The notes under the pieces: generated by a model
What the model was told of the DNA's origin: nothing
What the model saw: only the letters and a program-made list of their open reading frames with translations
Database searches by the model: none
Translations under genes and position numbers: made by a program
In this document: one piece after another, positions 53,266 to 64,000 of the stretch
Layout of the letters: every line of letters begins with the position of its first letter
How positions within the stretch are numbered: position 1 is the first letter of the stretch
DNA from: Piromyces finnis finn
Taxonomy: Eukaryota; Fungi; Neocallimastigomycota
Assembly (NCBI GenBank): GCA_002104945.1
Contig: MCFH01000062.1
Span: forward strand, 62,001-126,000
Direction: 5' to 3'
Length of the DNA stretch: 64,000 bases

Positions 53266-55461
53266 ATGGGTGATAGGACTGTGGATGTTTCTGGGAATTC
53301 GGGGAACATTATTAATGCTCCACCGATATTTTCTGGTAAACAAAGAGAATTGGATGGATTTTTAACCAGAGTTGAGTTGGTATTTCGTACTCGACCGACA
53401 CTGTATAATACAGATCGAGTCAAGGTCGACTTCGTTATATCATACTTCTCTGGTAAACCTTTGGAATGGGCTTCAGTGTTGATGAAGAATAATAGTGGGG
53501 TTTTAAATCATTATGATGAATTTGTAGATAGGTTGAAGGCTAATTTTGGCAGTTATAGATACGATACCGTTGTAGCTAACGGAAAATTAGATAATCTTCG
53601 CCAAAGGAAACTTGGTCAGGTATTAGATTACATTACCGAGTTTCAACGTATTAGCCAAAATTCAAGCTTTAATGATAGCGCAAAAATCTACATGTTTCTG
53701 AAAGGTTTATTACCACCACTTAGGGAGAAGTTGGCTTTCATTGAATCAAACCCAACTTCAATTGAACAATTGATTTCTTCAACTATTTTAGTTGAAGATA
53801 TGATGAAAAGAAATTCTCTAAGTGAATTTTATTTTAATGGTAGAAGGGCTAACGATCCTATGGATGTGGATGTATTTAGAATTAGTAGAGAAAATAAACG
53901 CAAAAGGTATGTGAATATCCAAGGATCAAGTAAAAATTACAATGAAAACATAGACAATTTTGAAGAAGAAAAGAAAAAGGGGTTATGTTTTCTTTGTAAA
54001 CAACCGGGACATTTAAAGTTTAATTGTCCTAATAGAGTAAAGCCCAGAAAAGTGTTAAGAATTGTTAAAGAAAGGACTCCAAAAATTGTTAATCCAAAAA
54101 TTTACAAAGTTGGAGTCAAGGGAGTGAAAAGTGATTTAAACCTTGTGGACTTTTACTTGAGTACCAATGAAGTTTCGGAAGTTAAAATTAAGGTTTTAAT
54201 TGATTCCGGTTCTGAATTAAATTTCATTAATCCAAGTCTTGCTGAAGAACTTGGTATTAATTTGGAAAAAGTGGAACCATTCCGTGTTTCAGGTGTTAGT
54301 GATGGAGTTGTTAGTGTTTGGGAAAGGACTGAGAAGTGCATGCTCCGCTGCAAAAATCACTTCGAAGTAATTCAACTTTATGGATTACAAGTCCCCGGTG
54401 TTGATGTTATTCTTGGTTTGCCGTGGATAAAGAAGCATAATCCAAATGCTTTCTACGACTCTAAGAAAATCGCTTTTAGTTCTGGTTATTGTGCCAGACA
54501 TTGTAATAAAGGCAAAAGAAAGAGAAAACCAAGAAAGAAGTCAAAGAATGATCAGTTAGATCATGATGTTCTCGACCGAAGCTTGACCAAAAAGCCGAAA
54601 GTAGATCCCTCTGTCCCAAACAATGAAGAAAAAGAATATGTTAAAGGCCGCCTTGTTAGAACCATCAATGATGAAGATGATAGCAATGATGAATATATTA
54701 GTTTTAATAAAAAAGTTAAATGTATTGTAACAAAAATTAATGAAACATGTAATAATGATAACGAATCATGTAGTAATAATAATAATAATGGAAAAGATAT
54801 TAATAAAGATAAATTGGTCGCCGTACCAACCCAATATTTAGAATTTAGTGAAGTGTTTAATGAAAAAAATTGTGAAGTGTTACCTCCTCATAGACCTTAT
54901 GATTGTGAAATCAAACTTAAAGATGATTCGACTTTATTTTATGGACCTTTGTATCCATTAACTGAAGTTGAAAGAGAGGAACTTAAAAAATATATTGATG
55001 ATAATTTAAATAAAGGTTTTATTAGGAAATCATCGTCTCCTGCTGGTGCCCCAATTTTATTTGTTAAAAAGAAGGATGGCTCCCTAAGACTTTGTATCGA
55101 TTATAGAAAGTTGAATGATATTACCATTCGTAATTCATATCCTTTACCTTTAATTAGTGACCTTTTGGATAGGGTGAAAAATGCTAAGATTTTTACTAAA
55201 TTAGACCTTAAATCCGCTTATAATCTTGTTCGTATTAAAGAAGGTGATGAATACAAAACGGCTTTTCGTACTAGATATGGACATTTTGAATATCTGGTTA
55301 TGCCTTTTGGATTAAAGAATGCACCTGCAACTTTTCAACACTTCATTAACGATGTCCTTAGTGACTATTTAGACGATTTTGTTATCTCATATATTGATGA
55401 TATTCTTATTTATTCTAATAATATCGAAGAACATCATGAGCATGTTAAAAAGGTACTTAAG
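53266..55461 (+). CDS. Gypsy V gag-protease-RT (N-terminal part), interrupted by solo LTR W
   Basis: Retrotransposon gag (PPIFSG...YFSGKPLEW), [20 protein letters not shown], protease [36 protein letters not shown]. The first ATG is taken as the start; the ORF track starts at TTG 53224. Confidence 0.92.
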
Positions 55462-55807
55462 TGTAAAGAAATGTGTCTTTAACAATAAAACAAATTATAA
55501 TATTTACTAAATAACTTAGTAATATTAACACTTTAAAATATTCTGTAAATTATTAATTTATAAAAATATCCTTAAAAACACATAGAATTTAACTTAATAA
55601 GTTAGTGTTTAATAATATAATTATTTATTAATAAAATCTCGATTCTTTAAAATATTTGGGAAAATTCACTCGTATTTATACTAAAAATTTTTTAAATTAA
55701 TTTATAAAATTTTTTCAACTTAAAATTCTTAACCAATCAATAATCTTCATATAAAATAAAATTTAAAAATAAAATAAAATAAAATAAAATTATAATTTTT
55801 TTAAAAT

Positions 55808-55880
55808 AGTATCTATGAGGTCTCGAACTAGTGTCATTCAGACTCAAAGTCTTAGCTACTAACCACTAAGACAATTTAGT
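55808..55880 (-). promoter_or_regulatory. Degenerate tRNA-Gln(TTG)-like module with Pol III box A and box B (copies at 62830-62902 and 63541-63613)
   Basis: Minus strand reads actaaat-TGTCTTAGTGG-ttagtagc-taaga-ctTTGag-tctga-atgacacta-GTTCGAGAC-c. Box A is 10/11 to TRGCNNAGYGG, box B fits GTTCRANNC, spacing is tRNA-like and the anticodon stem pairs 4/5. Acceptor, D and T stems do not pair. Confidence 0.62.
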
Positions 55881-55893
55881 TATTTCTAGTATT

Positions 55894-58800
55894 TGTAAGA
55901 AATATTTGTGGCCATAAGTTTGCCCACAAATATTTCAATTGAAACCATATATTCTGGTCACCATTTATTGGCCAAATATATGCATAACCATATATTAATG
56001 GTTATTAATTAAATAGGAAGTCTATTTGCTTTACCCAATCAAGTGGTAAAGAAAATAAACTCATATAGTTAAATAGTATAGTCAAAACTAACGTTAAATA
56101 CTTTAGCGTTAGTATTAAAGTAAATTAATAGCTATAATAATAATTAATGTATATAATTATAACTAATAAATAAAAGATAATAATTATAATAATTATTTAA
56201 GTAAATAATATTTCATATTAATATTTATCGTATTATATTTATTTTTGTGTTATAATATTTATTTTACTTCTTTTATTATTTTTTATAAAACTTTATTTAG
56301 TTATTAACTCGTATAGAGAGGTAATAACTAACTTAATTAACTTGTTATATTTAACTTATTAACTAACATATATAAAAACCTTTTACAATACTAACGCTTT
56401 ATAGTTAGTTCTTACGTTAGCTTAGTTTTAATTAGGTTAGTGTTATTAAAAATTCTTAAAAAACATATTTTATTTTATTTAAATTATTGTTTAATAATAA
56501 TTATTTACAATATTTTATATAATATTCAAATATTATATTTAAAAGAAGTAAATTTATTATTAAAAATAATTATTTTTTAATAGTTTAGCATTAAAAATTC
56601 ATTATTTGTAAATTTTAAAATTCATTATAACCATATTTTATATAATAAATTCTTTAATTTATTAAAAGAATTTATTTTCGAATTAGAAATGAAAAACGCA
56701 GGTAAGTCGCCTAACCCTCGGGGTGTCCATAAATTGGACACAAAAACATCATTCGTAAGGGACGGGACCCGTCCTGACGCGGCGAGCGCGGATGGCATGG
56801 ATGGTGTAGAGGGAATGTCACGGGTTCGAACCCCGGTGCTTCTCGAAAGCACTGAGGTCGAATCTAATCAGAATTTACAGGTTCAACAGGGGGATTCTAT
56901 GCCCACCCCTGTTGATCCTTCTTTCTTTTTTACTAATAATAGTGAGGTAAACCCAATGCAACACATTGAAGTTCTTCTTAATAGATGGGTTTCGGAAATA
57001 TCTAGCCAGTTTGCTAGTATGGGAAACCGTCTGGGTGCTATGGAAGAACAACTTCGGGGTATTGAGGTTTACAAGAGCGAGATAAACGATGCTCTTCAGC
57101 AAAAATTTGTTGAAGTGGATCAAAGGTTGGAAGCAAATGAGTCAGCTATCCAAGTTAGCTTGGAAGAGCTGCATGCTGTGGAAAATGCCTTTACCGCAGA
57201 ACATGAGGAAAGGTTACAAGACCACCAGCAAGTGCTAAACAACCAAGAAACGTTGTACCGTCAATCTAGTGCCTTTGTCTCTTATAAAAAAGAGCTTGAA
57301 GAAGAGATGGCCAGATTGAGGGAGCAACGAAACGCTCTAGAAGAAAGAGAAAAATTGTTCGAGGCTAAAGTCGAAGCCATGAACAGAAGAGCTGAAGCCA
57401 GAGCTCATGAAAGAACATCCTATCAAACCGGTGGTATGGGTAATCCTCATGGTGCTGGAACTAGTAGCAGCACCAACCCTACGGAATATTCCGAGGATGG
57501 GGACGTGAAGATGTTCGATTGGCGAGTACATAGGTATGAAGAAAAAGTGCCTATGTTTGATAATAATGGGATAGACTTAGAGGGTTTTCAAGAGAAGTGC
57601 TTACGTCATTTCAAACGTTACCCATATGACTATGGTAACGACGAAAAGGCAAAGGTTAGCTTCATTGAAGATCATCTAGGTGGGAAAGTATTGAGATGGT
57701 ATAGACTTAGAGAGAGGATGTTGCAGCGTAGGAATCCCGATGCTGAAAGACTATTCCTCCACCTTCAAGATAAGTTTCCACCAGAGTCTCCCCATGAACT
57801 CTGCAAGTCAAAGTTGCTTAAGCTCACACATGAGTGGGGAAAAGCATACGACTATTTGGAAGAGTTCAATGAATTGACGGAAACACTTGGGCTTCCTGAA
57901 AATGTTAGGAGACAGGTGTTAATACAACAGGTCAGGCCTTCTGTCAGGGAAGCGTTCTATGATATCCCTGAACCGGAACGTACGCTGGAAACATTAAGTG
58001 AAGTCTTGCTAAAGTGCGATGACCACCAAGCAGTCTTCCGTAATGAAACCATAGAAAAGTACGACAAAAGAGACCGCCAGACCACTATTATGGCCTTGTT
58101 GGATATCACAGACCCATGTAGACCATCTAGATGGGCTGAGTTAAAGCAGAAGAACAACAAGCCAAATAATAAGCCTAAAGTTGAGCAGACCAACACTCAG
58201 GCTTACGTAAAAAACAATAACGGTGCCAAAGAACGTCGTGAATCCTTAAATAAGTCAAGCTTTAGAAGAAGTTCTAGCTTCCAACCAAAGCAAGGACCTT
58301 CTAGTATGGGAAATAACCCATTACCTAAGGCTATGGCAAGTCAAACGACGGTCAATAACAGCTACTACAGTCAGAACCAACTAGTAGCTGAAATAAATGC
58401 AAGAAGCAACCCTCGAGATATAAAAAGGGTAGAAGTCTTGTATGATACTGGTTCCACCACAAACCTCATTCACCCAAATTTAGCAAAGAAGCTCGGGTTA
58501 AAGGTAGTGGACAAACCAGCCATATTCAGAACTGTGAATGGTGATATCGAGTTAAAGCAGTTCTCAGATGACTTGCAGTTGAAGTTATGGTTAACTCCAT
58601 CTGGCGAACAAGAAGCTAAGCCATACTGCTTCAACACAAGTTGTCACCTATCCGACAATATGCCGGAGATGATCATTGTGGGACTGGGCTTCATGGATGA
58701 GCACTTTATCTACAGAGGTTATGATAAAGATGCACAAGTGAGGTACTTCGTAGTAGATAATGATAAGGATAAAGGACACACCAACAGTTATGGTGTAAAT

Positions 58801-61800
58801 GACGGCAATATCTACTACTGTACTCAATTAAGTCCCATAACTACAGTTACTAATGCAAAAGCAAGAAGGCCTCTGGTAACTGTAACCGCAGAAAACATCG
58901 AAGCCGAAATCGTGGGTAATGGTAGCCACAAGGCTACAAAAGGAACCAGGAACGGAAGTTCCGGAGGGTTGGCATCGAGTTCCAACTCAGAGAAAACTTG
59001 TGTTTCAGTAGGGTTGGTACAGAGTGCTAACTTAGAGAAAAAATGTGTTTCCGGAGGGTTGACACGAAGTCCTGACTTAGAGAAAAACCCCGTTTCAGTA
59101 GGGTTGGTACAGAGTGTTGACTTAGAGAAAAATCACATTTACGTAGGGTTGGTACAGGAAGAAAACTTAAACGAAAATCAACCTACACCTGAAGAAATCG
59201 TGGAGAAGTACTACCACAATTTCAAAGAAGCATTTAATGAAGAAATAGCTAACCAGCTACCAGAACACCGTCCTTACGACTGTAAGATCGACCTGGAGCC
59301 GGATGCTAGTCTTCATAAAGGGCCTATATATCCCTTCAATCCAGAAGAGGAAAAAGCACTGAAGGAATATATAGAGGAAAACCTGGCAAAGGGCTTCATC
59401 AGGAAGTCAGAGAGTCCTGCAGGTTATCCTGTGTTATTCGTGCCCAAAAAGAGTGGTGAAAGACGATTATGTACTGATTATAGGCGTCTTAATAAGGTAA
59501 CAGTGCGTAACTCCTTTCCCTTACCACTCATCAGTCAAGTGTTTGAGGCTATGAAAGGCGCGACTATCTTCTCCAAGTTGGATTTGAAGTCTGCCTACAA
59601 CCTCGTGCGTATTCGTGAAGGTGACGAATACAAGACGGCATTCTCAACCAAGTTTGGGCATTATGAATATCTAGTGATGCCATTTGGGTTGACTAATGCT
59701 CCTGCCACGTTCCAAGGGTTCATTAATACGGTGCTGGCAGAAGAAATCAACGACTGCTGTCAAGTGTACTTGGATGATATCATCATCTACTCCAAGTCAC
59801 TTGAAGAGCATGTAGGGCATGTAAAAAGAGTCCTACAAAAGCTAATAGATAATCGTCTAGTAGCTAAGTTAGCGAAGTGTGAGTTCCACAAGGAAGAACT
59901 TGCATTCCTGGGTCATGTAGTTGGAAAATATGGTATTAAAACCGACCCAGAAAAGTTAAAAGCTGTAGCAAGTTGGCCACAACCAACCAACATTAAAGAA
60001 CTACAGTCATTCCTCGGATTCTGCAACTATTATAGGAAGTTTATAAAGGACTTCTCTAAGATAGCAAGGCCGTTATATGCGATGACGTCCAAAAAGGTAC
60101 AATTCCTGTGGAATGAAGAACGCATCCAGGCGTTCGAGAAGTTAAAAGAAATGCTGTTGTCTCCACCAGTATTAGCATATCCTGACCATGACCGTCAGTT
60201 TATAGTGGAGTGCGACGCTAGTAACTACGCAGTGGGTGGTGTATTATCACAACTAGGCGATGACAATGAACTACACCCTGTGTATTACTATTCCAAGAAA
60301 CTTACGAAAGCAGAAATCAACTACTCCATCACGGAAAAGGAGTTGTTGGCTATTAGGAATGCTTTCATCGAGTGGCGACACCTGTTAATGGGTGCGAAAC
60401 ATAAGGTCCTAGTATATAGTGACCATAGGAATCTCCTGTTCGCCACAAAACCACAGTTGTTGACAGCAAGACAGGCAAGATGGCAAGAGCTGTTTGCTGC
60501 ATACGACTTCGAAATAATATATCGGCCAGGAAAAATGAATGGTAGAGCCGATATCCTATCAAGAATGGTATCTCCAGAACAGGTACAACTGGAGATGGAA
60601 AAAGCTAGCCTCCTTCGACCTGAACAGGTAAAAGAATTTCCACCCGTGGAAGAAGAGTGCTATGCGGTGTTAGAAGTAAGCTTTGTGGGAGAACTGAAAC
60701 AAGCCTACAACACGGATGAGCTTGCTAGGGAAATTAGAGATGGTCTTGACGCAAAAAGAGGCCACAAGCTCATCAAAAAGAAGTGGTTGATGGTTAATGG
60801 GTTGATTGTTAGAAAGGATGCACCAGAACGTACATATGTACCAAAGGTGTTAAGGGAAACAATCATAAAACTTAACCACGATAGTGAAACAGCAGGTCAT
60901 TTGGGAAAAGATAAAACTTATGACCTGATAGCCAGAAACTACTACTGGCCAAAAATGAAGGATGACATTGCGGGATATATTAAAGCTTGTACCATATGTT
61001 GTACCCAAAAGGACAACAGACACAAGCCGTACGGTAGCGCTGCTAGGGTAAAAGTTGCAGACTTACCTTGGCAAGAAGTAGAAATCGACTTCCTGACGGA
61101 CCTACCTATTAAGGAACGTAGAAAACCAGGTAGTAGTCCCTCAGAACCCCCAGAAGTCACTAGAAGAGGTTGTATCATGGTTTGTAGCGATAAGTTAACC
61201 AAAATGATACACTTAGTGGGATTTAGGAATATGCCTACTGCTAAAGAAACAGCCTTAGCATACTTACAACATGTATTCAAGTTACATGGTTGTCCCAAAT
61301 CGGTTACTACGGATCGTGGTGTCCAGTTCACTAGTAAGTTGTGGAAGGACATTATGGGGTTCTTTGGCGTAGAAGTAAACCTTGCTACTACTGGCCATCA
61401 TGAAACAGTTGGTCAGGTAGAACGCAATAACTCCTACGTAAGTATGTACCTTTGATGCTTTGTGAAGACCTTTGATGACGACGAATGGTTGAAGTACTTG
61501 TACTTAGCTGAGTTCTGCTATAATAATGCAGTACACAGTTCTACTAAGCAGTCCCCATTCCTAGCCTTGTATAACTACCAGGTACATATGAACCCTCAAG
61601 ACTCAGAACTTGTCCACTCACTTGGTGAAGCTCCTATATTAGATAGCTTCGCTCACAACTTAGGTAACTTAAAGCACATGCTGGACATATCAAGAACACG
61701 GTTCTTAGACCACTTGGACCATAGAAGAGAACTTAACTACCCTAAAATTAGGCTCATGGATTTGGTGTGGTTAAGAAAACCAGAAAATTACAACCCTCTT

Positions 61801-62699
61801 CCCTTCTACAAGCTACAAGCAAGAAAGTACGGTCCCTTCAAGGTTATTGGAATTGATGAAAGCAAGCTTAACTACCGGTTGGATATCAGCAAGTCACCTT
61901 TCCCCAATGTCTACCCTGTGTTTCATATCAGTGAACTTGAACCCTACCATAACAAACCTGAAGAACTAACACCTGCACCAGTGGGCTACCAGAAAATTAT
62001 CAAAATCATGAATGCCAGAAGAAAGAAGGATAACTACCAATACTTAGCTACCTTTAGTGACTTTAGACAAGAGTGGGTTGATGCTGATATCATTGACAAG
62101 AACTCCCACTATGATAAGCTACTCAAGGAATTTCAAGATAAATGCTACCAGGAATTCATGGTTAGTGTCCAAAACCCTGCCTAGGTTTTCTCCTCAGGGG
62201 GGCATTGTAAGAAATATTTGTGGCCATAAGTTTGCCCACAAATATTTCAATTGAAACCATATATTCTGGTCACCATTTATTGGCCAAATATATGCATAAC
62301 CATATATTAATGGTTATTAATTAAATAGGAAGTCTATTTGCTTTACCCAATCAAGTGGTAAAGAAAATAAACTCATATAGTTAAATAGTATAGTCAAAAC
62401 TAACGTTAAATACTTTAGCGTTAGTATTAAAGTAAATTAATAGCTATAATAATAATTAATGTATATAATTATAACTAATAAATAAAAGATAATAATTATA
62501 ATAATTATTTAAGTAAATAATATTTCATATTAATATTTATCGTATTATATTTATTTTTGTGTTATAATATTTATTTTACTTCTTTTATTATTTTTTATAA
62601 AACTTTATTTAGTTATTAACTCGTATAGAGAGGTAATAACTAACTTAATTAACTTGTTATATTTAACTTATTAACTAACATATATAAAAACCTTTTACA
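55894..62699 (+). mobile_element. Complete Ty3/gypsy chromovirus-like element Z (6806 bp): 494-bp LTRs 55894-56387 and 62206-62699, TSD GTATT
   Basis: LTRs identical as read. GTATT at 55889-55893 and 62700-62704. PBS ATACTAACGCT at 56388-56398; PPT AGGGGGGCAT at 62196-62205. Confidence 0.96.
56689..62184 (+). CDS. Z single-frame gag-PR-RT-RH-IN-chromodomain polyprotein with one in-frame TGA (61453-61455)
   Basis: LYDTGSTTNLI (protease), YLDDII (RT), ECDASNYAVGG (RNase H), H..H..CTIC and D..D..E (integrase; IDF, TDRG, VERNN). YL*CFV where YLRCFV is typical. C-terminal chromodomain-like KIIKIMNARRKKDNYQYLATF...EWV. Confidence 0.93.
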
Positions 62700-62917
62700 G
62701 TATTCATTACATTAAGAAACTACTTGAAAATAATCTTTATGTTAAAATTCTTAACCAATCAATAATCTTCATATAAAATAAAATTTAAAAATAAAATAAA
62801 ATAAAATAAAATTATAATTTTTTTAAAATAGTATCTATGAGGTCTCGAACTAGTGTCATTCAGACTCAAAGTCTTAGCTACTAACCACTAAGACAATTTA
62901 GTTATTTCTAGTATTCA

Positions 62918-63412
62918 TGTAAGAAATATTTGTGGCCATAAGTTTGCCCACAAATATTTCAATTGAAACCATATATTCTGGTCACCATTTATTGGCCAAA
63001 TATATGCATAACCATATATTAATGGTTATTAATTAAATAGGAAGTTTATTTGCTTTACCCAATCAAGTGGTAAAGAAAATAAACTCATATAGTTAAATAG
63101 TATAGTCAAAACCAACGTTAAATACTTTAGCGTTAGTATTAAAGTAAATTAATAACTATAATAATAATTAATGTAGATAATTATAATTAATAAATAAAAG
63201 ATATAATTAAAATATAATTATTTAAGTAAAAGTTATTTCATAAAATATTTATACATTTGTTTATATTTATTTTAGTGTTATAATATTTATTTTCTTTCTT
63301 TTATTATTTTTTATAAAACTTTATTTAGTTATTAACTCGTATAGAGAGGTAATAACTAACTTAATTAACTAATTAATAACCTATTAACTAATATTATAAG
63401 AAACCTTTTACA
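62918..63412 (+). mobile_element. Solo LTR Z' (495 bp, diverged relative of the Z LTR), TSD ATTCA
   Basis: TGTAAG...TTTACA flanked by ATTCA at 62913-62917 and 63413-63417. Several substitutions versus the Z LTRs (gaagtttatt/gaagtctatt, aaccaacg/aactaacg, different 3' end). Confidence 0.92.
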
Positions 63413-63638
63413 ATTCATTACATTAAGAAACTACTTGAAAATAATCTTTATGTTAAAATTCTTAACCAATCAATAATCTTCATATAAAATAAAATTTAAA
63501 AATAAAATAAAATAAAATAAAATTATAATTTTTTTAAAATAGTATCTATGAGGTCTCGAACTAGTGTCATTCAGACTCAAAGTCTTAGCTACTAACCACT
63601 AAGACAATTTAGTTATTTCTAGTATTCATTACATTAAG

Positions 63639-64000
63639 AAACTACTTGAAAATAATCTTTATGTTAAATTAGAAAAATGTGAGTTTGATGTTGAGAAAAC
63701 CACTTTTCTTGGTTATGTCATTTCAAAGGATGGATTGCAAATGGATGAGAATAAAGTTAAAGCAATTCTCGATTGGCCGGTTCCCAAGAATGTTAAAGAG
63801 GTTCAGTCTTTTATTGGTTTATGCAACTATTACAGAATTTTTATTAAAGACTTTGCTAAAATTGCAAACCCTCTTCACAAACTCACTAGAAAGAATGTTG
63901 CTTTTAACTGGGTGAAAGAAGATCAGGACGCTTTTATTTTATTAAAATCTCTGTTCACGTCAGCTCCTATTCTGAAACATGCGGATAGTAATAAACAATT
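63639..64000 (+). CDS. Continuation of gypsy V reverse transcriptase (open to window end)
   Basis: KLLENNLYVKLEKCEFDVEKTTFLGYVIS...DWPVPKNVKEVQSFIGLCNYYR, in frame with 53266-55461. Confidence 0.92.

Larger units (their letters stand above)
55462..63633. mobile_element. Solo LTR W (~439 bp net; TGTAA...TTACA; TSD TTAAG) with its right part triplicated (211-bp unit) and hit by Z and Z'
   Basis: TTAAG at 55457-55461 and after each W end (62712, ~63423, 63634). Removing W restores VLK-KLLENNLYVKLEKCEF. Unit period is 211 bp (63457 to 63668). Confidence 0.85.
45856..64000 (+). mobile_element. Ty3/gypsy retrotransposon V (5' LTR 45856-46457, PBS 46458-46468, leader, single gag-pol frame), disrupted by Y and W/Z; runs off the window
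   Basis: LTR TGTAAAG...CTTTACA, then ATAACAATTAC. The leader with 37-bp repeats continues across Y. Gag-pol at 53266-55461 resumes at 63639. Confidence 0.85.

Noticed and set aside
55808-55880. Functional tRNA-Gln gene
   Set aside because: Acceptor, D and T stems do not pair. Kept only as a degenerate promoter-like module.
63679-63915. 78-aa ORF as a separate gene
   Set aside because: It is in the wrong frame; the RT continues in the frame starting at 63639.

Overview
Very AT-rich, intron-containing eukaryotic DNA. The gene families (class C GPCRs with solute-binding or EGF ectodomains, CBM18 repeats, GT34, ankyrin and AAA/PD-(D/E)XK paralogues) point to an anaerobic gut fungus (Neocallimastigomycota); this is inferred, not proven. 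From 1 to 11 kb there are three apparently intact genes (SBP-GPCR, an orphan, GT34) and a decayed EGF-GPCR. From 13 to 42 kb there are mostly pseudogenes: CE4 deacetylase, a CBM18x3-phage-tail-lysozyme fusion, a frameshifted secreted Cys-rich protein, AAA/PD-(D/E)XK copies, small Cys-rich membrane proteins and an ankyrin protein. This stretch also holds two long near-perfect palindromes, a poly(A) retroposon in two copies and several microhomology-bounded tandem duplications. From 43 to 64 kb lies a five-layer nest of LTR retrotransposons that can be resolved by target-site duplications (TSDs): copia > Q > gypsy V > solo LTR W > chromovirus Z. It also contains a non-coding LTR element Y and further solo LTRs; the letters are working labels. 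Main observations: (i) three LTR families have Tf1-type self-priming PBSs; (ii) non-autonomous Y shares V's cis signals and carries an array of a conserved hairpin motif; (iii) LTR W carries a tRNA-like Pol III promoter module, and family Z inserted twice, independently, 13 and 15 bp upstream of it, as Ty3 does; (iv) the copia PBS matches the anticodon arm of tRNA-Lys(CUU); (v) a secreted chitin-binding phage-type lysozyme is broken only at two Trp codons. All alignments were done by eye and no database searches were run.
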